Assembly (NCBI RefSeq): GCF_016127575.1
Contig: NZ_CP066019.1
Location: 1-32,000, forward strand
Reading direction: 5' to 3'
DNA length: 32,000 nt
From: Cupriavidus necator
GTDB taxonomy: Bacteria; Pseudomonadota; Gammaproteobacteria; Burkholderiales; Burkholderiaceae
In this document: positions 8,558-16,491 of the stretch, piece after piece
Position numbering within the stretch: the stretch's first letter is position 1
Layout: each line of letters begins with the position of its first letter
Program-made: the position numbers and the translations under genes
The notes under the pieces: generated by a model
Told to the model about the DNA's origin: nothing
Databases searched by the model: none
What the model saw: the letters and a program-made list of their open reading frames with translations, nothing else

Positions 8558-9694
8558 TCAGGCCGTCGTGGCCGGGATGCGCTCGGCCGGCGCGGGCGGA
8601 TCGTCGGCACGCCGGCGCGCCAGGTACTTGCGGTAGAGGCCGGCCAGCCCGTCAGGGAAGGCCACCACCACGCCGATGAACAGCGCCGCCATCAGGAACA
8701 GCCAGAGATCCGGGAAACTCTCGGAGAAATAGGTCTTGCCGGCATTGACCAGCAAGGTGCCCCAGACCGCGCCCACCAGGCTCATGCGCCCGCCCACGGC
8801 CGCGAAGATCACCATTTCGATCGACGGCACGATGCCGACGAACGATGGCGACATGAAGCCGACCTGCAGCGTGAACATGGCGCCGCCGATGGCGGAAAGC
8901 GCGGCGGCCAGGCAGAACACGAACACCTTGAACATCGCCACGTCGTAGCCGGAGAAGCGCACGCGATCCTCTTTGTCGCGCATGGCCAGCAGCAGCACGC
9001 CAAGCTTGCTGCGCTGGATCCAGCGGCACAGGGCGACGGCGCCGAACAGCAGAGCCACGTTGACGAAGTAGAGATTGAGCCTGGCGCTGTCCGTGCGGAT
9101 GTCCCAGCCGAGCATCGTCTTGAGGTCGGTAATGCCATTGACGCCGCCGGTATAGCCTTGCTGGCCGATGATCAGCACCGACAGGATCAGCGCCACCGCC
9201 TGGGTGATGATCGCGAAGTAGACCCCGCTGACGCGACGCCGGAACATGGCGAAGCTGACTACGAAGGCCAGCAGCACCGGGATCGCGACCACGCCGGCCA
9301 TCGCGAACGGCAGGTGCCGGAACGGCTCCCACCACCACGGCAGCGCGCTCAGCTGGTTCCAGTCCATGAAGTCGGGAATGCCCGGCGTGGACTGGATCGC
9401 CGTGCTCCTGGGGTCGGATGCTTCGAGCTTCAGGAACATGGCCATGGCGTAGCCGCCGAGGCCGAAGAACACGCCTTGCCCGAGGCTCAGCACGCCGCCG
9501 TAGCCCCACAGCATGACCAGGCCCACGGCCACGAAGGCGTAGCTGAGATACTTGCCGACCAGGTTCAGGCGGAACACGTCCAGCGCCAGCGGCATGGCCA
9601 CCAGCAGCACCAGCGCAAGCAGTGCATAGCCGGCCCATTCGCCGCCGGCGCGCAGCCGCTGCAGCAGGGGCAGGATGGATTTCGAAGGGCACAT
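8558..9694 (-). CDS. urtC: UrtC-like ABC transporter permease
   Basis: Multi-TM LivM-type permease, 378 aa from ATG 9694 (AGGAG upstream). The track start at 9712 is a TTG. Confidence 0.85.
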   Translation of the reverse strand: MCPSKSILPLLQRLRAGGEWAGYALLALVLLVAMPLALDVFRLNLVGKYLSYAFVAVGLVMLWGYGGVLSLGQGVFFGLGGYAMAMFLKLEASDPRSTAIQSTPGIPDFMDWNQLSALPWWWEPFRHLPFAMAGVVAIPVLLAFVVSFAMFRRRVSGVYFAIITQAVALILSVLIIGQQGYTGGVNGITDLKTMLGWDIRTDSARLNLYFVNVALLFGAVALCRWIQRSKLGVLLLAMRDKEDRVRFSGYDVAMFKVFVFCLAAALSAIGGAMFTLQVGFMSPSFVGIVPSIEMVIFAAVGGRMSLVGAVWGTLLVNAGKTYFSESFPDLWLFLMAALFIGVVVAFPDGLAGLYRKYLARRRADDPPAPAERIPATTA

Positions 9695-9716
9695 CGTCGG
9701 GCTCCTTGGCAATGGT

Positions 9717-10631
9717 TCAGCGACGCACCGCCGGGGCGAACAGGCCTTGCGGGCGGATCATCAGGATCGTTACGATCAGCAGCAGCGTCAGCACGCGTGC
9801 CATTGACCCCGTCATGAAGAACTCCGTGATCGACTGCGTCTGCGCGATGCCGAAGGCCGACGCCACCGTGCCGGCGAGGCTGGCTGCGCCGCCGAACGTG
9901 ACCACGAGGAAGGCGTCGACGAGGTAGAGCGAGCCGCTGGTCGGTCCCGTGGAGCCGATCGTCGTGAAGGCCGCGCCAGCCACGCCGGCGATGCCGCAGC
10001 CGATGGCAAACGTCAGCCGGTCGGTGCGGCGCGTGTTGATGCCGGCGGCGTTGGCCATGGCCCGGTTGGCGGTGGTGGCGCGCACGCGCAGCCCCCAGCG
10101 CGAGCGGTACAGCGCCAGCCAGACCAGCCCGGCCACGCACAGCGTCAGCGCCATCACGAACAGGCCGTTGATCGGGATATCGAGGCCGGGGGCAGGCGCC
10201 CACGAACCCATCAGCCAGTCGGGCAGCGTCGGGCTGACTTCCTTGGGGCCGAAGGTCGAACGGAATGCCTGCTGCATGCCGAGCGACAGTCCCCAGGTGG
10301 CCAGCAGCGTATCCAGCGGCCGCTTGTAGAGGTGCCGGATCAGCGCCCATTCGGCCAGCCAGCCGGCACTGAAGGCAATGGCAAACGCGGCGCAAATGGC
10401 CACGGGGAAGTAATGGGGCATCCACGCCGGCGCCAGGCGCTCGACCGTGGTGGATGCCAGGAAGATGGTGTAGGCGCCGATGGCCATGAACTCGCCATGG
10501 GCCATGTTGATGACACCCATCTGGCCGAAGATGATGGCCAGGCCCAGCGCCATCAGCAGCAGCACCGAGAACAGGCTCAGCCCGGCAAAGCCCTGCATCA
10601 GGGCAATGTTCAGCATGTCGGACAGATTCAT
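9717..10631 (-). CDS. urtB: UrtB-like ABC transporter permease
   Basis: LivH-type permease, 304 aa, containing INMAHGEFMAIGAY. Confidence 0.85.
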   Translation of the reverse strand: MNLSDMLNIALMQGFAGLSLFSVLLLMALGLAIIFGQMGVINMAHGEFMAIGAYTIFLASTTVERLAPAWMPHYFPVAICAAFAIAFSAGWLAEWALIRHLYKRPLDTLLATWGLSLGMQQAFRSTFGPKEVSPTLPDWLMGSWAPAPGLDIPINGLFVMALTLCVAGLVWLALYRSRWGLRVRATTANRAMANAAGINTRRTDRLTFAIGCGIAGVAGAAFTTIGSTGPTSGSLYLVDAFLVVTFGGAASLAGTVASAFGIAQTQSITEFFMTGSMARVLTLLLIVTILMIRPQGLFAPAVRR

Positions 10632-10695
10632 GGAAGACGGCTCCGGCGGTCATCGGATCAGGAAGGCGCCTGCCGGCGCCGGTACGGCAAAGCGC

Positions 10696-11985
10696 TTACT
10701 GGTAGCCCTTCGGGAACGGGTTGGGCGGAATCAGCTGCGGAGATTCGGCCACCACCTTGAACTGGCCGTCAAGCTGCGCCAGGCCCACCCGCGTCCTGCT
10801 CCACAGGTGATGGTTGGTGTCGACCTTGACGTAGCCTTCCGGCGCGGTTTTCAGCTCGATGCCGGGCGACGCCGCCACGACCTTGTCGATATCGAAGCTG
10901 CCGGCCTTCTCGACGGCGGCCTTCCACAGCCACGGGCCCAGGTACGCGGCCTGGGTGACGTCGCCGATCACGGCCTTGCCGCCGTATCTGGCCTTGAAGG
11001 CATCGACGAACTGCTTGTTGTTGGCGTTGTTCAGCGACTGGAAGTACTTCATGGCGGCATAGAAGCCGGCGATGTTCTCGCCGCCGATGCCGAGCACTTC
11101 GTCCTCCGTGACCGAGATGGTCAGCAGGAACTGCTTGTCGGCGGTGATGCCGGCAGCCTTCAACTGCTTGTAGAAGGCCACGTTGGAGCCGCCCACCACG
11201 ATCGCGTAGATGCAGTCCGGCCTGGCCACCTTGATCTTGTTGATCAGCGAGTTGAAGTTGGTATGCCCCAGCGGGTAGTATTCCTCGCCCACCACCTTCA
11301 GCTTCAGGAAGTTCTCGATATGCTTGCGCGCGATCTTGTTCGACGTGCGCGGCCAGATGTAATCGGAGCCGATCAGGAAGAAGCTTTTGGCGTTCTTCTG
11401 CTTCGCGGCCCAGTCCAGCCCCCAGATGATCTGCTGCGTGGCCTCCTGGCCCGTGTAGATCACGTTCTTGGATTGCTCAAGCCCCTCGTAGAACGTGGGG
11501 TAGTAGAGCAGGCCGTTCTCTTTCTCGAAGACCGGCAGCACCGCCTTGCGCGAGGCTGAAGTCCAGCAGCCGAACACGGCCGCGACGCGGTCATTGACGA
11601 GGAGCTTGCGCGATTTCTCGGCAAAGGTCGGCCAGTCGGAGGCGCCGTCCTCCTTGATCACCCGGACCTTGCGGCCCAGGATGCCGCCCGCCGCGTTGAT
11701 CTGGTCGATGGCAAGTTGTTCGGCCTGGATCGAGCCGGTTTCCGAAATTGCCATGGTGCCCGTGGCCGAGTGCAGCTGGCCGACGGTGACTTCGGTATCG
11801 GTCACGGCCAGCCTGGTGGTATTGACCGTGGCGGTGGGCAGGCTGGCGCCATGAGCCTGCGCCGCCATGCCGGCCAGCGGCAGCGCGGGCAGGGCGGCCA
11901 GTCCCTGCATCAGGCGACGGCGCGGCAGCGAGACCGCGCCGCCGTCGGGTGTGGAAGGGGAACCGCTACTGTCTTTGTCACGCAT
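10696..11985 (-). CDS. urtA: UrtA/FmdD-like periplasmic urea/short-chain amide binding protein
   Basis: Type I periplasmic binding fold (VGQLHSATGTMAISE..., FGCWTSASRKAVLPV...). Tat-like signal RRRLMQGLAALPALPLAGMAAQA. ATG at 11985 has AGGAG upstream; the track start at 12036 is a TTG. Confidence 0.85.
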   Translation of the reverse strand: MRDKDSSGSPSTPDGGAVSLPRRRLMQGLAALPALPLAGMAAQAHGASLPTATVNTTRLAVTDTEVTVGQLHSATGTMAISETGSIQAEQLAIDQINAAGGILGRKVRVIKEDGASDWPTFAEKSRKLLVNDRVAAVFGCWTSASRKAVLPVFEKENGLLYYPTFYEGLEQSKNVIYTGQEATQQIIWGLDWAAKQKNAKSFFLIGSDYIWPRTSNKIARKHIENFLKLKVVGEEYYPLGHTNFNSLINKIKVARPDCIYAIVVGGSNVAFYKQLKAAGITADKQFLLTISVTEDEVLGIGGENIAGFYAAMKYFQSLNNANNKQFVDAFKARYGGKAVIGDVTQAAYLGPWLWKAAVEKAGSFDIDKVVAASPGIELKTAPEGYVKVDTNHHLWSRTRVGLAQLDGQFKVVAESPQLIPPNPFPKGYQ

Positions 11986-12082
11986 GATCGACGCTCCTTG
12001 GAGGCGAGGTGAGATTGGCTGATCCGTCTTGGTCAAAGCACTCCTGCGGGCCGATCATGCTGCGTCGCCACACTGGCGGCCA

Positions 12083-12098
12083 TACGTCATTCAACGTA
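12083..12098. promoter_or_regulatory. Candidate operator: palindrome TACGT-N6-ACGTA, nested in the 8-bp inverted repeat CGCCACAC (12066-12073) / GTGTGGCG (12110-12117)
   Basis: Read directly from the sequence. It is the only AT-richer palindrome in the 230-bp divergent region between urtA and the kinase gene. Confidence 0.3.
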
Positions 12099-12152
12099 CG
12101 CGGGGGAGAGTGTGGCGGCGGCCTTCGCAACCGGCAATGGCATGTCGCCTCA

Positions 12153-12168
12153 CGGCATGGCTCTTGCG
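12153..12168 (+). promoter_or_regulatory. Sigma-54-like -24/-12 element CGGCATGGCTCTTGCG
   Basis: GG (12154-12155), N10, GC (12166-12167) with GGCA and TTGC sub-motifs. It lies 48 nt upstream of the kinase ATG. Match is by eye only. Confidence 0.25.
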
Positions 12169-12215
12169 TCAGCGCGGCATCACTCCCTGCCAGGTGCCCC
12201 CGGCCCCTTCCAACC

Positions 12216-15200
12216 ATGTCGAGCGCCAGCCAGCCAGTCCAGCGCATCAGCAAGATCCGGCGCGACTACAACCGCTGGGTGGCCGACGAGACCCTTGAGG
12301 ACTACGCCCTGCGCTTTGCACCAAAGTCGTTCCGAAAATGGAGCGCCTTCCGCGTGGCCAATACCGCTTTTGGTGCAGTTGCTTTCCTCGCGCTAGAGGC
12401 CATCGGCGCCGCCATCACGCTGAGCTACGGCTTTACCAACGCGATGTGGGCCATCGGCGCGGCAAGCCTGGTGATTTTCCTGACCGGCCTGCCGATTTCC
12501 TACTACGCGGCCCGCCACGGACTCGACATAGACTTGCTGGCGCGCGGTGCCGGCTTCGGCTACCTGGGTTCGACGATCACTTCGCTGATCTATGCGAGCT
12601 TTACCTTCATCTTCTTCGCGCTCGAGGCCGCCATCATGGCGCAGGCCTTCGAGCTGCTGTTCGGCCTGCCACGGCCTGTCGGCTACCTGTTGTCGGCCAT
12701 TGTCGTCATCCCGCTGGTCACCCATGGCGTGACGCTGCTGTCGCGCATCCAGCTGTGGACGCAGCCGGTGTGGCTGGCACTGCTGGTGCTGCCCTACGCA
12801 CTGATCCTCTGGCGCGAGCCGCACCGCTATGCGGAATTCCTGTCCCTGAACGGCCGGCTGGCCGATGGCGATGGATTCTCGTGGCAGGCATTCGGGGCCG
12901 CGGCCACCGTGGCGGCTGCGCTGATCGCCCAGATCGGCGAGCAGGTGGACTTCCTGCGCTTCATGCCGCCGCTGACGCAGCGCAACCGCGTGCGCTGGTG
13001 GAGCGCGCTGATCGCGGCCGGCCCGGGCTGGATCGTGCCGGGAGCAGCGAAGATGGCAGGGGGTGCGTTCCTCGCCTTTGTGGTGCTGCAGTCGGAACTG
13101 CCGATTGCCCATGCGCTGGAGCCCACTCAGATGTACCTGGCTGGCTTTGCACACGGACTCGGCGGGAGCTGGCCGGGATGGGTCGCGGTGGTGCTGACGG
13201 GACTGTTTGTCCTCATCTCGCAGACCAAGATCAATATCACCAATGCCTATGCGGGCTCGCTGGCGTGGTCGAACGTGTTCGCGCGGCTCACGCACAGTCA
13301 CCCGGGCCGTGTGGTGTGGCTGGCGTTCAATGTGCTGATCGCCGTAATGCTGATGGTGATGGGCGTGTTCGAGGCCATGGAGCAGGTACTGGCGCTTTAT
13401 GCCCACCTGGCCGTTGCGTGGGTCGGCGCGATCTGTGGCGACCTCGTCATCAGCAAGCCGCTCGGGCTTTCTCCCAAGGACATCGAGTTCCGGCGCGCCT
13501 ACCTGTTCGATATCAATCCGGCCGGCTTCGGCGCGATGATGCTGGCCTCGGCGTTGTCGATGCTGGTCCACCTGGGGGTGTTTGGCGACACACTGCGACC
13601 GGCGTCGGTTGGTGTGGGACTTCTGCTGGCGATCGTGTTGCCACCGTTGATCGCCATCGCCACGCACAGCCGCTATTTCGTTGCGCGCACGCCGGTCGAT
13701 TTTGGCCGGCGCCACGCCGTGATCCGTTGCGCGATCTGCCGCAATCCGTTCGAGAAGGAGGACGTGGCAGCCTGCCCGGCCTATCGCGGCCCGATCTGCT
13801 CGCTCTGCTGCACGCTCGACGCGCGCTGCGGCGACCGGTGTAAACCGGGCGCCAGCGCACAGGAACAGATCGCCACTGCGCTCACGCGCGTGCTGCCGGC
13901 CGGCACGCCACCAGTCATGGCCCGCCGGATCGGCAAGTTCGGCCTGATGCTGGCGGGGATGGTGTTTGCCTTCGGCACCTTGCTGTGGCTGCTCTATACG
14001 CAGGAGCAACTGTCCGGCCCGGTGGTGCTGGCTGCCGCGCCCCGTGCCAGCCTGTTCCTGAAGATCGGCGCCGGCCTGATGCTGTTTGCTGCCGTGGCCG
14101 CGTGGTGGCTGGTGCTGGCCAATGAGAGCCGGGCGGTGGCGCAGGAAGAGTCGGAGCGCCAGAACCAGTTGCTGCAGAAGGAAATCGACGCCCACCGCCG
14201 TACCGATGCGCTGCTGCAAAGCGCCAAGGAAGTCGCCGAGCAGGCCAACCTGGCCAAGAGCCGCTTCATCACCGGCATGAGCCATGAGATGCGCGCGGGC
14301 CTCAATTCGATCCTTGGCTACTCGCAGTTGCTGCTGCGCACGCCGGCGCTGCCCGCCGCATGCCGCGAGGACGTGCGGACCATCGGCCGCGCCGGCGAGC
14401 ACCTGTCGAGCCTTGTCGACGGCCTGCTGGAGCTGTCGCGCATCGAGGCGGGCAAGCTGCGGCTGGAACAGGATGCGGTGGCGCTGGAAGACCTGCTGGA
14501 CGAACTCGTCCGCATGTTCCGGCCACTGGCAGCGGTGCGCGGGCTGGCGTTCCACTATCGCGTGACCGGCAAGCTGCCGGCGCACGTGCATGGCGACGCC
14601 AAGCGCTTGCGCCAGATCATCATCAACCTTGTCACCAATGCCATCAAATTTACGGAGCACGGCGACGTGTCGCTGACCGTGCGCCACCAGCGCGAACTGG
14701 CAATGATCACGGTCAGCGATACGGGTCCTGGCATTGCCGCGGAAGACCAGGCGCGCATCTTCGATCCGTTTGAACGCGCCACGCCGCATGACGATCGCGA
14801 AGGCATCGGCCTGGGCCTGGCCATTGTGCGCCTGCTGGCAGACCTGATGGGTGGAGACATCCGCGTGCGCAGCGCACCGGGCCAAGGCAGCGAGTTCTCC
14901 GTGCGGCTCTATCTCCCGACCGTGGCCGCGGCGGTGACGTGCCCGCAGCGGGCGCCCGCGCCGCCAATGCCGGCGGGAGCGCGCGTGCTGATCGTCGACG
15001 ACCGCAGGGCCCATCGGGCGGTGCTGCGCGGCTTCCTGGCGCCGCACGGGCTGGCCGTGCATGAGGCGGGGGATGGCGCCGGCGTGCTCCCGGCGCTGTG
15101 CCAGTGGCGTCCGCACCTGGTGCTGCTCGACCTGAACCTGCCCGATGCATCGGGTTGGGACCTGTGCCGCCAGATCCGCGCCGAAGCCAATGCGCCGCAA

Positions 15201-15551
15201 GTGGTGATCGTCTCCGCCAACGCGCACGAAAACACGGAAGAAGCGCGCGCGCTGCACGGCTATCTGGGATTCGTCAGCAAGCCGGTGCGTGAGCGCGAAC
15301 TGGTCGAGATGGTCCGACGCGCGCTGACGCAGCCGCAGCCTGCGCTCACCCCGGCGCCGGACCTGTTGCGTGAGCTGCTGCAACTGGGCGCCACCGGCCG
15401 GCTGCGCGCGCTGGAGGCCCAGCTTTCAGAACTGGCGGAAGGCGGCGGCGCCGTGGCCACGTGGGCACTGCAGATGCTGGCGCTCGCGCGGACCGATGGC
15501 ACTGCCCTGACCGCATCACTTGGCGAGGCGCTCCATGCATCCCGAACCTGA
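12216..15551 (+). CDS. Hybrid sensor histidine kinase: NCS1/CodB-like 12-TM permease domain + Cys-rich insert + 2 TM + HisKA + HATPase_c + receiver
   Basis: 1111 aa from ATG 12216, where GC3 bias begins. CodB-like motifs: GLDIDLLARGAGFGYLGS, VDFLRFMPP, KINITNAYAGSLAWSN. H-box SHEMR (His690, nt 14283-14285). N/G boxes NLVTNAIKF, DTGPGI, GIGLGL. Receiver LVLLDLNLPD (Asp972, nt 15129-15131) and VSKP. Confidence 0.85.
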   Translation: MSSASQPVQRISKIRRDYNRWVADETLEDYALRFAPKSFRKWSAFRVANTAFGAVAFLALEAIGAAITLSYGFTNAMWAIGAASLVIFLTGLPISYYAARHGLDIDLLARGAGFGYLGSTITSLIYASFTFIFFALEAAIMAQAFELLFGLPRPVGYLLSAIVVIPLVTHGVTLLSRIQLWTQPVWLALLVLPYALILWREPHRYAEFLSLNGRLADGDGFSWQAFGAAATVAAALIAQIGEQVDFLRFMPPLTQRNRVRWWSALIAAGPGWIVPGAAKMAGGAFLAFVVLQSELPIAHALEPTQMYLAGFAHGLGGSWPGWVAVVLTGLFVLISQTKINITNAYAGSLAWSNVFARLTHSHPGRVVWLAFNVLIAVMLMVMGVFEAMEQVLALYAHLAVAWVGAICGDLVISKPLGLSPKDIEFRRAYLFDINPAGFGAMMLASALSMLVHLGVFGDTLRPASVGVGLLLAIVLPPLIAIATHSRYFVARTPVDFGRRHAVIRCAICRNPFEKEDVAACPAYRGPICSLCCTLDARCGDRCKPGASAQEQIATALTRVLPAGTPPVMARRIGKFGLMLAGMVFAFGTLLWLLYTQEQLSGPVVLAAAPRASLFLKIGAGLMLFAAVAAWWLVLANESRAVAQEESERQNQLLQKEIDAHRRTDALLQSAKEVAEQANLAKSRFITGMSHEMRAGLNSILGYSQLLLRTPALPAACREDVRTIGRAGEHLSSLVDGLLELSRIEAGKLRLEQDAVALEDLLDELVRMFRPLAAVRGLAFHYRVTGKLPAHVHGDAKRLRQIIINLVTNAIKFTEHGDVSLTVRHQRELAMITVSDTGPGIAAEDQARIFDPFERATPHDDREGIGLGLAIVRLLADLMGGDIRVRSAPGQGSEFSVRLYLPTVAAAVTCPQRAPAPPMPAGARVLIVDDRRAHRAVLRGFLAPHGLAVHEAGDGAGVLPALCQWRPHLVLLDLNLPDASGWDLCRQIRAEANAPQVVIVSANAHENTEEARALHGYLGFVSKPVRERELVEMVRRALTQPQPALTPAPDLLRELLQLGATGRLRALEAQLSELAEGGGAVATWALQMLALARTDGTALTASLGEALHASRT

Positions 15552-16428
15552 CACCTTTCGCCCGTTGCCGACGATCGAGACCCGCGTACTGGTGGTCGAC
15601 GACGATGCCGACGCGTGCGGCTTCCTGACGCGCGCGCTGGGTGGCGAAGCCATGCTGGTCCACACCGCCGCGAACGGCAACGCGGCACTGGATGCGCTGA
15701 CGTCCTTCGCGCCGGATGCGGTGCTGCTGGACGTGGACATGCCGGGCATGGACGGCTTTGCCGCCTGCACGGCGCTGCTGGACCGCCACGCGGACCTGCC
15801 GGTGATCTTCATGACCGGACTTGGCGATACCGGTCATATCGTGCGCGGTTTCGAAGTCGGCGCATGCGACTACGTGACCAAACCGGTGGCGATTGCCGAG
15901 GTGGTGGCGCGCGTGCGGTCTCATGCGGGCAAGGCACGGCTGGCGCGCAGCGCACGGGAGGCCGTATTCGGCAGCACGGTGCCGATGCTCGCGGCCGGCA
16001 TCGACGGCCGGCTCCTGTGGATAAACGGCAGCGCGTCAGCCTTGCTGCAGGCCCAGGGATGGCCGGTAGCGATTGCCGGCGCGGTACTGCCTCCCGCGCT
16101 GCGCGACGCGGTGTTCCGCCTCTGCAGCGAAGCGGAAACTGGCGCTGATAGTCTTCACCTGCGCCGGTTGACAGGCGAGGCGGGCGACGTGGTCGTGGTG
16201 GAACTGTCGTGCAGCGGTCTGGCCCCGGCCGGCCCGGCCCTGACACTGCGCGAGGCCGAGGTGATGGCCTGGGTGGCGCGCGGCAAGACCAATCGCGATA
16301 TCGCCGACATCCTCGGCATGAGCCCGCGCACGGTGAACAAGCACCTGGAACACATCTACGAGAAGCTCGGCGTGGAAACGCGAACGGCGGCAGTCGCCGC
16401 CACCCGGCGCAACTTGGGGACGGCGTGA
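15535..16428 (+). CDS. Response regulator: REC + PAS-like middle region + LuxR/FixJ-type HTH
   Basis: 297 aa from ATG 15535 (GAGG upstream), overlapping the kinase stop codon by 17 nt. REC motifs VLVVDDD, AVLLDVDMPGMDG, DYVTKP. C-terminal LTLREAEVMAWVARGKTNRDIADILGMSPRTVNKHLEHIYEKLGV. The track start at 15520 is a TTG. Confidence 0.85.
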   Translation: MHPEPDTFRPLPTIETRVLVVDDDADACGFLTRALGGEAMLVHTAANGNAALDALTSFAPDAVLLDVDMPGMDGFAACTALLDRHADLPVIFMTGLGDTGHIVRGFEVGACDYVTKPVAIAEVVARVRSHAGKARLARSAREAVFGSTVPMLAAGIDGRLLWINGSASALLQAQGWPVAIAGAVLPPALRDAVFRLCSEAETGADSLHLRRLTGEAGDVVVVELSCSGLAPAGPALTLREAEVMAWVARGKTNRDIADILGMSPRTVNKHLEHIYEKLGVETRTAAVAATRRNLGTA

Positions 16429-16443
16429 CGTGCCGTGCGCCAA

Positions 16444-16478
16444 GGCAAGAAGGGCCGGCGTTGCCGGCCCTTCTTGCC
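16444..16478. terminator. Bidirectional hairpin terminator between the convergent regulator and ompW genes
   Basis: Perfect 16-bp stem GGCAAGAAGGGCCGGC / GCCGGCCCTTCTTGCC with a 3-nt loop. Confidence 0.8.
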
Positions 16479-16491
16479 AGTCGGATCCCGA

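Noticed and set aside
12009-12215. N-terminal extension of the kinase ORF from GTG 12009 or ATG 12057
   Set aside because: Third-codon positions here are A/T-rich, unlike the rest of the gene. The peptide is not protein-like and would cover the whole divergent promoter region. The caveat is that ATG 12216 has no obvious SD.
12393-15383. 996-aa minus-strand ORF
   Set aside because: It is entirely antisense to the well-supported histidine kinase gene. Its Arg/Ala/Gly/His/Gln-rich low-complexity translation has no recognisable motifs, which is the typical shadow ORF of high-GC DNA.
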